DNA from: a virus
Taxonomy: Duplodnaviria > Caudoviricetes
Reading direction: 5' to 3' (one strand)
IMG/VR virus record: IMGVR_UViG_3300006922_000005
Length of the DNA: 64,000 nt
The notes beneath the pieces were generated by a model. That model ran no database searches and was not told the origin of the DNA. It was given only the letters and a program-made list of their open reading frames with translations. Positions 19,026 through 27,191 of this stretch are shown one piece after another. Both the position numbers and the translations under genes were made by a program. The first letter of the stretch is position 1; every line of letters begins with the position of its first letter.

Positions 19026-19918
19026 GTTCCTATAGCATTGCCGAACAAGTATACATGTACTCTTGCCGCCACGTTATAACCTCTTTTAAATGCCTTTTCT
19101 GCTACCTTACCTGCACCAGAAGTTTGTTCTTCTTCCCTTGCACCTGTAGGCATAATCCATACTGGCCAATCAACACCTGCATCTCTAAACTTTGCAACTG
19201 CTTCTTCCATTTCGTTCCATTCTCTATCTTTATCACCTACAACAAATTTAAGTTGTCCTTTACTACTTACCTTTGCATATTCTGCAACTATTTCAGGCTT
19301 AATTGCTTTCTCAGTCTTTTCACCTGATACTGTAAATAATTTAGGACTACAACTAAAAAATATTTCTGTATCAATACTGTTTGCCCATTCAATAAATTCA
19401 GGACGTAATTTTTGTGTACCATTTGTTTCAAATGTCATGCTACCGGGCAAATTGTCTTGTCTTTTTAATTCGTTATATATTCCTACTACTGCTTGTTGTC
19501 CTGTTATCATTAAAGGTTCACCACCTGTAAAACACAGATGTTGCCGAGTGTTACTTACAGGATGTAAAAACTTTCCTTCTGGGTTACTATCATTCTTTAT
19601 ACAATCTACAATTTTATTAGCAAGTGTACTAGGTGTTTCATACCCCATTAGTTTCTTAAACTTCTTTGCCCAAGTGTAACTACTATCACAACCTTTTTCC
19701 CACACAGGGAGATCTTCAACACGTTTGACACTGTCTACATCAAAGTCTTCAAACGGTAATTCATATGTATTAGGATTAGTAGGATCTAATTGTCCAAATC
19801 CGTTACATTGTAAATTACACAAAAAGAATCTTATCCAAGCAGTAGGAACACCTGTATAATGTCCTTCTCCTTGAATACTATAGAATATTTCAGAGTAATA
19901 ATACTTTTTCTCAGTCAT
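19022..19918 (-). CDS. queE: 7-carboxy-7-deazaguanine synthase (radical SAM), start at 19918
   Basis: YSEIFYSIQGEG..TG.P..WIRF..CNLQC...CDSSY.W, FTGGEP, FETNG, SCSPKL, R.HVYL.GN. AGAGG RBS before MTEKK. Confidence 0.9.
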   Translation of the reverse strand: MTEKKYYYSEIFYSIQGEGHYTGVPTAWIRFFLCNLQCNGFGQLDPTNPNTYELPFEDFDVDSVKRVEDLPVWEKGCDSSYTWAKKFKKLMGYETPSTLANKIVDCIKNDSNPEGKFLHPVSNTRQHLCFTGGEPLMITGQQAVVGIYNELKRQDNLPGSMTFETNGTQKLRPEFIEWANSIDTEIFFSCSPKLFTVSGEKTEKAIKPEIVAEYAKVSSKGQLKFVVGDKDREWNEMEEAVAKFRDAGVDWPVWIMPTGAREEEQTSGAGKVAEKAFKRGYNVAARVHVYLFGNAIGT

Positions 19919-19939
19919 TTGTTTAACCTCTTTCATATA

Positions 19940-19968
19940 ATTATAGTGTGTATTTAGGTTTTTGTCAA
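19940..19968 (-). promoter_or_regulatory. Sigma70 promoter with embedded late-promoter core
   Basis: TTGACA-17-TATAAT; CTAAATA inside the spacer. Confidence 0.75.
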
Positions 19969-20384
19969 CCGTTAATAACATCTTCTATATCCATTTGACT
20001 ATTATCTTTTTTGGAATACTTCTGTTTTTCCGGAATAACACCACGAATTCCGCCTGCTGGATCAATCATATCTCCATCTCTACGAAAAATTAAATGTACA
20101 TGTGGATACATGCAAGTTTGTCCTGCACTCTTACCCATATTAATGCCTACATTATACCCTGTAATGTTGTTGTTACTTGATTTAATATTATCATTGCCCA
20201 TTGAATTAGCAAACTTAAAACATTTTAAAATTGCTTCTTCTGTGTTTACTTTGGGTACTACTAGTGTATGTCCTTCAGTAACAGGATAGATATCATTGTA
20301 GACAACAAACTCACGTGTGTCAATTTCAACGTTAGTCCAAGGTGCTCTACCTTCTGCTTGTGCGTTTTCTAAAGTATCAGTCAT
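19965..20384 (-). CDS. HIT-family hydrolase
   Basis: DIYPVTEGHTLVVPK, YNVGINMG..AGQT..YPHVHLI. Confidence 0.9.
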   Translation of the reverse strand: MTDTLENAQAEGRAPWTNVEIDTREFVVYNDIYPVTEGHTLVVPKVNTEEAILKCFKFANSMGNDNIKSSNNNITGYNVGINMGKSAGQTCMYPHVHLIFRRDGDMIDPAGGIRGVIPEKQKYSKKDNSQMDIEDVING

Positions 20385-21121
20385 TAAAACTCCTGTGTCC
20401 ATACTGCGGCAGTATATCCTTTGCCGTTAGTATCACCGCCACAGTTGTCTAGTTCTTCGCCGTCATAGTAAACTCCTGATACAGTATCTTCACCGTTGGG
20501 CAGTTCATATGATTGTATTCTTAATTTTGTAGGATCAAAGTCACCTATAGTCTCTACTATTCCTTCAAAAAATGTGCCCTTCTCGATTGATAGCATTTGG
20601 ACGATGTGTGTTCCTTTTTCTGGGTACGAATCGTCTTGGGGTTCCATAATTTCAATTTCATAATTAGTGTCTTCACTAATTTTATTAGTCCATTCATTTA
20701 AATCTTCTCCCTCGATAACCTCTCTAATATGTTGTGCAGAATAATCAGCACTGCTAACTTCGTCTACAGTAAGGTAAGCACTGTCTACTGAAACATTGTT
20801 AATATGTTCAAATTCAGTTGGCATTTCAAACCAACTACTACGCCACGAGTTTCCATCTGAGCCTTCACTCATTAAAAAGTCTGCACTTGGCGGAACTTCG
20901 TCAATATTATCAAAATCAAATTCACCTTCTTCAGCATTAAGTGCATAATTACACAAATCACTATCACCGTGTTCTTCTACAATAGGCTTCCAAAAATCAT
21001 ACTGTTCTTGAGTTAATGTTCCATACACATGTTCGCCACCGTATCCGTTAAGTATGATACGATAAAATCTAGGACCTTTAATAGTTTCTAGTGTGTGTTC
21101 TTTTTCTTGTAGCGTTGCCAA
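20384..21121 (-). CDS. Acidic hypothetical protein
   Basis: Long ORF, GAGGA RBS, stop/start overlap. Confidence 0.7.
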   Translation of the reverse strand: MATLQEKEHTLETIKGPRFYRIILNGYGGEHVYGTLTQEQYDFWKPIVEEHGDSDLCNYALNAEEGEFDFDNIDEVPPSADFLMSEGSDGNSWRSSWFEMPTEFEHINNVSVDSAYLTVDEVSSADYSAQHIREVIEGEDLNEWTNKISEDTNYEIEIMEPQDDSYPEKGTHIVQMLSIEKGTFFEGIVETIGDFDPTKLRIQSYELPNGEDTVSGVYYDGEELDNCGGDTNGKGYTAAVWTQEF

Positions 21122-21125
21122 CGTT

Positions 21126-21326
21126 TTATTCCTCGCTGATCTTAAACATAGGATCTACTGTCATACTATCGTGCCAGTCTGTTTGATCCAAGTTAAATTT
21201 ACGTGATGTTGTTTCTTTACGCAACATTCCATCTTTAATACGATATGTAATTAATTCTTGTTTAATTACTCCTGTAGGTTCAGTTTGAAATGCACTTACA
21301 AGTGGTCCGTCAAATTTCTCATTCAT
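21126..21326 (-). CDS. Hypothetical protein
   Basis: Stop/start overlap with clpP. Confidence 0.6.
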   Translation of the reverse strand: MNEKFDGPLVSAFQTEPTGVIKQELITYRIKDGMLRKETTSRKFNLDQTDWHDSMTVDPMFKISEE

Positions 21327-21883
21327 TAGTATAACTCCTCTATTTTATCACATATTTTTAATTTCTTGGCTTCAGTAGCACTTAACCAAACGTCTTGTGG
21401 CGGAAGTAAAATTTCTTTAATTTTAGCCTCTGTCATACCAAGACATTTTTTGTAATGATCTATCATACGTTGTGTGCTTAATTCAAATTCTTTTACACGA
21501 GCATATAACTCATGTTCTTTTCCTTTACTACCCCAACTGTATTGATGTGAAAGGATTGCAGTATTAGGAGTAAGAATACGTTTACCTTTTTTCCCTGCAA
21601 TAAAAATTAAGAACCCACAACTTGCAATAAGTCCTAGTCCTACTGTTTTAATAGGAATATTACTTGCTTTCATAGTATCAATTAATGCAAAGGCGGCATG
21701 AACATCACCACCTGGTGAATTTATAATAATTGTTAATTGTGGTAATGGATTATCGCTTAGGTTATGATTCATTATCCACTTAATTGCTTCTCGACAAGTT
21801 GCATGATTAATTTGATCCATTAAAACATAGATACCGTTTGATTCAATATTTTGTGGTTGTGCTGGTTGTTTTTCTTTAGCCAT
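21326..21883 (-). CDS. clpP: ClpP-family serine protease (start 21883)
   Basis: INSPGG, GLIASCG (Ser), ILSHQ (His), QDVWLSATEA (Asp). AGGAG RBS. Confidence 0.9.
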   Translation of the reverse strand: MAKEKQPAQPQNIESNGIYVLMDQINHATCREAIKWIMNHNLSDNPLPQLTIIINSPGGDVHAAFALIDTMKASNIPIKTVGLGLIASCGFLIFIAGKKGKRILTPNTAILSHQYSWGSKGKEHELYARVKEFELSTQRMIDHYKKCLGMTEAKIKEILLPPQDVWLSATEAKKLKICDKIEELY

Positions 21884-22449
21884 TAGTATTCTCCTACGTT
21901 TTCCCAAGGATATACTAACCAAACATCCTCTTCTGCTTTGTTAACTTCATGACAGTAATAAGATACTTGATCAAACTCACTTGCTAAATTTTCTGTAAGT
22001 GTAGCAAACTTAACGTTGTCTCCCCAAATTTGGTTCCATAAAGGACTGTCTGGTAAACAACAATTTTGCCAATCATTTTTAATCCAATTAAATGTTGCAC
22101 CTGTATCATTAATATCATCTACAATAAGAATTTTTCTTTCTTGTTCGGGGTTATTTTTAAATTGTCCCATTTCAGCATTGTACGAACCTTCGTCGTCATA
22201 GCCATATGCATCACTAGCCATCCAAGTCATGCTATCGCCAGTCTTTCCTGATTCGCCATCACGTAAACTTACTTTAAATGATTCGCAACGTATGCCTGTC
22301 ATGTTACTAATAATAGTAGCAGGTACGTTACCGCCTCTTGTAATTCCTACAATGTAATCAGGTTTCCAATTTTCTTTGTACATTTGGTTTACAATGCTAA
22401 CACACATTTTTTCTATGTCTGACCAACTGTAATAATGTTTTTTAATCAT
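21883..22449 (-). CDS. Purine phosphoribosyltransferase (Gpt/Hpt-like type I PRTase)
   Basis: IVGITRGG, PRPP motif ILIVDDINDTGATF, WLVYPWE. Confidence 0.88.
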   Translation of the reverse strand: MIKKHYYSWSDIEKMCVSIVNQMYKENWKPDYIVGITRGGNVPATIISNMTGIRCESFKVSLRDGESGKTGDSMTWMASDAYGYDDEGSYNAEMGQFKNNPEQERKILIVDDINDTGATFNWIKNDWQNCCLPDSPLWNQIWGDNVKFATLTENLASEFDQVSYYCHEVNKAEEDVWLVYPWENVGEY

Positions 22450-22451
22450 GT

Positions 22452-22604
22452 TTAATCCTTGTTTATAATATCAGGAGTAATAGTGTCTACTGTGTTAACT
22501 ACTGTTTTCCCTGCGTAAATTGCCGTTGATGTTGCTACATCGACTACTGCTACAGTTGTAGAACAACCCGAACATAGTAAAATAATAGCAAATAATTTAT
22601 GCAT
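22452..22604 (-). CDS. Small lipoprotein (50 aa; not in the ORF track)
   Basis: MHKLFAIILLCSGCSTTVAVVD: signal peptide with lipobox ending in C. Confidence 0.65.
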   Translation of the reverse strand: MHKLFAIILLCSGCSTTVAVVDVATSTAIYAGKTVVNTVDTITPDIINKD

Positions 22605-22893
22605 TAGGATTGATACCTGCCACATCAGTTACATTTGCCCATCTAAAACTACGCCAACCTTTAGCATTAATATCCCATACTATTTGTGTTTCTTCACTAA
22701 TAGAACGGACTTTCTTTTGACTAGCAGTATCATCTTTAGTTGCCGGAGGAATAACACCTTCTTCAAGTGTACATGTCATTACTCTTTTGTCACCGTTTAT
22801 TTTTGTAAATGTTACAATAACTTCACCTTGTTTAAGTTTTGTTATTGTTGACTCTTTTAATTCTTCATATGTTTCCATGTTAACCTCGTTCAT
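22597..22893 (-). CDS. WYL_2/DUF2693-like SH3-fold phage protein
   Basis: VTFTK.NGDKRVM.CTL...VWD....GWRSFR; alternative start 22878. Confidence 0.75.
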   Translation of the reverse strand: MNEVNMETYEELKESTITKLKQGEVIVTFTKINGDKRVMTCTLEEGVIPPATKDDTASQKKVRSISEETQIVWDINAKGWRSFRWANVTDVAGINPNA

Positions 22894-23356
22894 TTAAATA
22901 TTCCTCATTATGAACCCATCTGTATCCAGTATGTTTTACCCAACGCATAAAGCCCCATTCTTTTTGTTTCTTTCCCATAAAGAATATGCTTGTGCATGGT
23001 AGTTCGTTTCCGTCTTTGTCTTTAGCAAGTTCTAACCAATGTAAGTCACTTGCCTTTCTAAATCTAATATGTCCAGGACCACGCCAATGTGCAGTTGCAC
23101 CACATACGTGTCCTTCTTTTGCAAATACTGGAACATACTCCCAATACCCGCCTTTTAAAATAATAGCACCCCAACTCCATGGATGATCATGTAACACAGG
23201 TTCATCACTTACAAGAACTTTATGAAGTGTAATATTAAATGGAAAGTTTTTTCTTTCTTTTAAAAATAGATAATATCTAATCAAATAAGGTACTTTTCCT
23301 GAGCGATCAGTAATCACTCTACGTCTACCTAGTTTGTCCATTATCTTACTAAACAT
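22880..23356 (-). CDS. Cupin-like metal-binding protein
   Basis: LHK...D.P.LHDHPW..., GGYWEY, distal LHWLEL. Confidence 0.65.
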   Translation of the reverse strand: MFSKIMDKLGRRRVITDRSGKVPYLIRYYLFLKERKNFPFNITLHKVLVSDEPVLHDHPWSWGAIILKGGYWEYVPVFAKEGHVCGATAHWRGPGHIRFRKASDLHWLELAKDKDGNELPCTSIFFMGKKQKEWGFMRWVKHTGYRWVHNEEYLNERG

Positions 23357-23629
23357 TTATTCTTCCATTTCTTCATTAACTTTACACATATTATACACGT
23401 TTATGAACTGTTTGTAAAGAGATTTTGCAGTCGGATACTTTTCTAATAAGTCCAAATCAATCATCTCATAATTATCAAATCTATCTTCCCAACTACTTGT
23501 ATCTATTGTAATATTATCTACGTCCATTCCGGAAATCGACATTGACGTATTGTAAGTATCACTAACAGAATACGTAACGGAACCTGCATTACTATTATCT
23601 AATGTAAATGTGTAATCATCGTCATTCAT
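23357..23629 (-). CDS. Hypothetical protein
   Basis: GGAG RBS; packed in operon. Confidence 0.55.
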   Translation of the reverse strand: MNDDDYTFTLDNSNAGSVTYSVSDTYNTSMSISGMDVDNITIDTSSWEDRFDNYEMIDLDLLEKYPTAKSLYKQFINVYNMCKVNEEMEE

Positions 23630-23648
23630 TTAAGAATCTCCAATATAG

Positions 23649-23673
23649 AAAAGTGGGGGATTTCTCCCCCACT
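23649..23673 (-). terminator. Hairpin terminator after yhhQ
   Basis: AGTGGGGGA-GAAA-TCCCCCACT, short T tract. Confidence 0.7.
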
Positions 23674-23685
23674 ATACTAAAACAA

Positions 23686-24345
23686 TTAACTTGCTGACTT
23701 ATTATCAGTAAGTTTACCGTTAAGGTATTTTAACAAAATACCGTATGCTGGCAGGAATACTACCAAGCCTACGACAATCTTAGTCAGTGTGTTGTTCTGT
23801 GCAACAATGTGCCAGTTAGCACCAATCCAAGACATGTTACCTTCTGCGTCCAACGATCCTGCAAACGCCACATAAAAGAATGAATATGTGTCAATTATAT
23901 TTGCAACAATAGTTGAAAGTGCAGGAGCCGCCCACCATGCGTTTGAGCGTTCTCTAATTGCTTGGAAAACATATACGTCAAGCATTGTACCAATTGCGTA
24001 TGCGGTACCACTTGCTAAACCTACTCTGTATGCGTGTGGATCATCTAGTGCCATTAGCACAAGTACAGATGCTATAATAGCAGGAATAATTGCCATTGCT
24101 ACAACGGCTCTTCCTGCTTCTTTACCAACCATACGTACTGTTAGGTCAGTTGCTACAACAACGATCGGAAATGTAAAAGCCGCCGCCGCTAGTGGAAATG
24201 ATCCAAACAAGGGCAATTCAGCACCTGGAAATAAATCAAATCTAATCGTAACTAGATAGTTTGACACAGCAATAACAAGCGTGTGTAAAATAACTAGTTT
24301 AGTTACAAGTGCCCTATCGACACCGTGTAAAAGTTTTGTGAACAT
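23686..24345 (-). CDS. yhhQ: Queuosine-precursor (preQ0/preQ1) transporter, YhhQ/VUT family
   Basis: HTLVIAVSNYLV, AFTFP.VV.ATDLTVR..G...R, YA.GTMLDVYVF, N.IDT..F; about six TM segments. Confidence 0.88.
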   Translation of the reverse strand: MFTKLLHGVDRALVTKLVILHTLVIAVSNYLVTIRFDLFPGAELPLFGSFPLAAAAFTFPIVVVATDLTVRMVGKEAGRAVVAMAIIPAIIASVLVLMALDDPHAYRVGLASGTAYAIGTMLDVYVFQAIRERSNAWWAAPALSTIVANIIDTYSFFYVAFAGSLDAEGNMSWIGANWHIVAQNNTLTKIVVGLVVFLPAYGILLKYLNGKLTDNKSAS

Positions 24346-24378
24346 TCGTTCCTCCTTCTATTTTGGTGCCTTGCACCT

Positions 24379-24400
24379 TTTAACACAATATTGTGTTAAA
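24379..24400. repeat. Perfect 22-bp palindrome between folE and yhhQ
   Basis: TTTAACACAATATTGTGTTAAA is its own reverse complement. Confidence 0.8.
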
Positions 24401-24411
24401 CTTTTTATTGA

Positions 24412-25101
24412 TTACGAACCTGCCGCAAATTGCTGTTGCAGTTTAACGTTATCGATAAATTCTTTTTTAGTTGCAGGATCATCTTTAAACGCACCACGTA
24501 ATACTGTTGTTTGTGTTAATGAACTATGGGCTCTAATACCCCTGTTCTCACAACAACCGTGTGTTGCTTGTACATATACACCTACGTGTTCACTACCTGT
24601 TTGTTCTTGTATTGCATTAGCAATCATAACATTCAGTTCTTCTTGTAGTGTACCTCTTGTAGCACACCATTGTGCAATACGAGTGTACTTACTTAAACCT
24701 AATAGTTTAGGTCCTGCAATGATACCAATGTATGCTACACCTTTTACTGTCTGGTGATGATGCGAACATAAACTTGTAAGTTCACTTCGCACTACTAACA
24801 TACCTTCATAACCGCCTTCAATATAGTTAGGAAATGCACTTGGATTAGGCATTGGATCATAACGTCCTGCCATAATCTCATTAATGTACATCTTAGCCAT
24901 ACGTCTTGCAGTATCCATACTGTTAGGATCTGTTTTAGTATCAATTAATAATTTTTGTAATACATTTTCAAAAGCAGGTACTGCTTCATCAATTAACTGT
25001 TGCTTATCACCTTCTTCAATGTAATCAGCAATGTTGTCGTTAGCCCAATATCTTACGCCTTGTTGTTCTAACTTTGCTTTTATTTCTTCGCTTTTACTCA
25101 T
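24412..25101 (-). CDS. folE: GTP cyclohydrolase I
   Basis: TARRMAKMY, SLCSHH, GLSK..RI, LQEEL, H.C...RG. Confidence 0.95.
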   Translation of the reverse strand: MSKSEEIKAKLEQQGVRYWANDNIADYIEEGDKQQLIDEAVPAFENVLQKLLIDTKTDPNSMDTARRMAKMYINEIMAGRYDPMPNPSAFPNYIEGGYEGMLVVRSELTSLCSHHHQTVKGVAYIGIIAGPKLLGLSKYTRIAQWCATRGTLQEELNVMIANAIQEQTGSEHVGVYVQATHGCCENRGIRAHSSLTQTTVLRGAFKDDPATKKEFIDNVKLQQQFAAGS

Positions 25102-25139
25102 TTATTTCTCCGATGTTTAGGCAGTGGATTGCCTCTTTT

Positions 25140-25168
25140 ATTATAACTTCTCAAGTAAGTTTTTACAA
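25140..25168 (-). promoter_or_regulatory. Sigma70-type promoter for folE, followed by a 5' hairpin at 25119-25134
   Basis: TTGTAA-17-TATAAT; AGGCA-ATCCAC-TGCCT stem-loop just after the predicted start site. Confidence 0.6.
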
Positions 25169-26238
25169 CTAAAATAGTTGTCATTTAATTGAGTAGCAAG
25201 TTTATTTAGGTCAATAAGGTAGTTGTCATAATTTTCCATATAATCAATTATACGTGCAACTATCTCATCTTTGTGTTCTTTATACGAAACAAATGATTCT
25301 GTCCATTCGCTTGGGTATAAGAACTTGCCTGTATTGTCCATTTCAGTGTAACTTAAACGATCTGGAACCATAGGCAAGGTGCCAACCAAAGCACCTTCGT
25401 ACCAACTAATACCTAGTGTTTCTTGTAGGTTAGCACTAAAGACAAGTTTTGCTTCTCCTAGTGCGTTGTAGTATTCTTGTTTTGAATAATTTTTATCCAT
25501 ACAAATTTCAAATTCATATTGTGTAAGTGTGTCTTTTAAATCTAAAAATATCTCAGGTTGTTTTTCTGGAGCAACTCTGTGCGGAAACAAAATTAAATTA
25601 CGTTTTGTCATACCTTTAAATGCTTCTAATTCTTTGCGTACATATTCCATAGGCCAACCGCAACGTACAATCTTTCCGTTATTGAATCTATTGTTGTATG
25701 CTTCGTTATACATGTCTGTAGGTTCGTTGTTGCCATCTAAAAGTAATTCATCAAAGAACAACTTTACATGGAAGTCTGTTGCAAAGTAATTATGATCATA
25801 ACTGTGAAAGAAACTTTTCTCTGCATGTCTTACCCACGGTGCATTATTAATAAGTCTACCTAAAAAGTCTTGTGGGTCGTATGAGCCAGCATGCCAAAGT
25901 GCATGTGTTATAACTTTAATGCCAAGTAGTTCACTCATATACTTAATATTAGTGATACCAGGATGCCAAGCATCTGTAAAGATAATATGATCACCTTCGT
26001 GTACTTCGCCTGTTGTAAATGCTCTACTAATTTGTTCTATTTGATTTGCTTTGTAAATATTAGTACCACCAAAGTTCAAAAAAGCACCTGGAGTTGTAGC
26101 ATTAGGAATATCTGTTGGACCTTCTACAACAAATACTTCGTGATTGTTCTTACGTAGTAATGCAGGAAAGAAAGTTTTCCATTGTTTAGTGTAGCGTGTT
26201 TCTACACTCTCTATATCTATTAACCATATTCTAGCCAT
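25141..26238 (-). CDS. GT-B glycosyltransferase, GTDC1/QTMAN (DUF3524 + GT4)-like
   Basis: EX7E motif ETLGISWYE; ILFPHRVAPEKQPEIF and SKQEYYNAL..A.LV.S motifs. Confidence 0.8.
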   Translation of the reverse strand: MARIWLIDIESVETRYTKQWKTFFPALLRKNNHEVFVVEGPTDIPNATTPGAFLNFGGTNIYKANQIEQISRAFTTGEVHEGDHIIFTDAWHPGITNIKYMSELLGIKVITHALWHAGSYDPQDFLGRLINNAPWVRHAEKSFFHSYDHNYFATDFHVKLFFDELLLDGNNEPTDMYNEAYNNRFNNGKIVRCGWPMEYVRKELEAFKGMTKRNLILFPHRVAPEKQPEIFLDLKDTLTQYEFEICMDKNYSKQEYYNALGEAKLVFSANLQETLGISWYEGALVGTLPMVPDRLSYTEMDNTGKFLYPSEWTESFVSYKEHKDEIVARIIDYMENYDNYLIDLNKLATQLNDNYFSCKNLLEKL

Positions 26239-26458
26239 TTGTTAATCCTAATATTGTTAGTATTCTTAAATCGTTATATTCAAATATTATAGCATCATCC
26301 ATACTATCTGTATAGCCTTGATCTTGCCAAATAAAATCACGACCGTAAACATAACCATGATTGCCTAGTGTATTACTCACTTTGGCGACTGCGTCTACGG
26401 TCGTATAATTTGCATTTAATGCACCACCTTCTACTGAATTTCCAAATTTATCAGTCAA
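26231..26458 (-). CDS. Hypothetical protein (TTG start at 26458)
   Basis: GAGG RBS after stop of 26469..26690; avoids the 180-nt overlap of the tracked 139-aa ORF. Confidence 0.55.
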   Translation of the reverse strand: MTDKFGNSVEGGALNANYTTVDAVAKVSNTLGNHGYVYGRDFIWQDQGYTDSMDDAIIFEYNDLRILTILGLTNG

Positions 26459-26468
26459 GTATGGACCT

Positions 26469-26690
26469 CTATCGCTTTGGTCCTCGGTTCTTAAAGTTAC
26501 GATTCTTGTGAACACGTTGTTTTGCTTTCCGTGGATTGTTACGACCTTCGTATGCCCTCCACTCTCTTGTTTCCCTTTTGTAAAGGAACTTTTCGTTAAA
26601 TTTAAACCCTTCAAATCGACAAAAGTCGCGGAAGGAATCGAGATCATCAAAGATTTTTACAATCTCTGGACGTTGTGCAAGGTAAGACAA
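26469..26690 (-). CDS. Small basic hypothetical protein
   Basis: GGAGA RBS; RPEIVKIFDDLDSFRDFCRFE. Confidence 0.7.
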   Translation of the reverse strand: MSYLAQRPEIVKIFDDLDSFRDFCRFEGFKFNEKFLYKRETREWRAYEGRNNPRKAKQRVHKNRNFKNRGPKR

Positions 26691-26704
26691 TGTTATCTCC
26701 TTTT

Positions 26705-27160
26705 TTACTTTGCATAGTACTCAATGTGTGCGCCGTTTTCTCCATCTTCACTTACGTCAATATGGACTTCACGACCTGGGTGTTTTGCGATAATTTGTTC
26801 ATATAAATCATCACTCATCATTTCACAACTCTTATAATCTAGTTCAAGTGTTTTTTCTGCGTAAAGTTTTTCTAACCAACGTTTAAATTGAATAAACTCT
26901 ATATCTCTATCGTTGTGTGTTACAGTAATACCTACTTTAAAATGAAATATGTGTCTGTGGGGATATCCCAAAAAACTAACATCATATTCATCACCTGTAG
27001 CAAGTGCTGGATCGTCCAGTGCCGCAGGATATTTGTGAATACCTTCTTTTCTAAAGGTTACCCATATCATTCTTTTTGCGTTTTCCATAATTACCTTTTC
27101 GTTTTCTTCTCTTGTTCTTCTTAACATATAATCATAATAAGGTTCTCTTTGATTATTCAT
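26705..27160 (-). CDS. dpdL: T-fold QueD paralog with LxxxHRHxF motif (DpdL-type, predicted CDG decarboxylase); alternative start 27088
   Basis: FRKEGIHKYP, LGYPHRHIFHF, DRDIEF, KSCEMM, VSEDGENGA; lacks the QueD CxxxHGH. Confidence 0.65.
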   Translation of the reverse strand: MNNQREPYYDYMLRRTREENEKVIMENAKRMIWVTFRKEGIHKYPAALDDPALATGDEYDVSFLGYPHRHIFHFKVGITVTHNDRDIEFIQFKRWLEKLYAEKTLELDYKSCEMMSDDLYEQIIAKHPGREVHIDVSEDGENGAHIEYYAK

Positions 27161-27162
27161 TT

Positions 27163-27191
27163 ATAATACATTCTTTCTATACAGTTGTCAA
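27163..27191 (-). promoter_or_regulatory. Sigma70-type promoter overlapping the aminotransferase stop
   Basis: TTGACA-17-TATTAT; -10 only 2 nt from ATG 27160, which favours the 27088 start. Confidence 0.65.

Noticed and set aside
24346-24411. Canonical preQ1-I riboswitch upstream of yhhQ
   Set aside because: The GGUGC/GCACC stem has only a 3-nt loop, too small for the preQ1-I ligand-binding loop.
26231-26650. 139-aa ORF overlapping 26469..26690 as a dual-coding region
   Set aside because: An RBS plus TTG at 26458 gives a non-overlapping 75-aa gene; the extension has no support.
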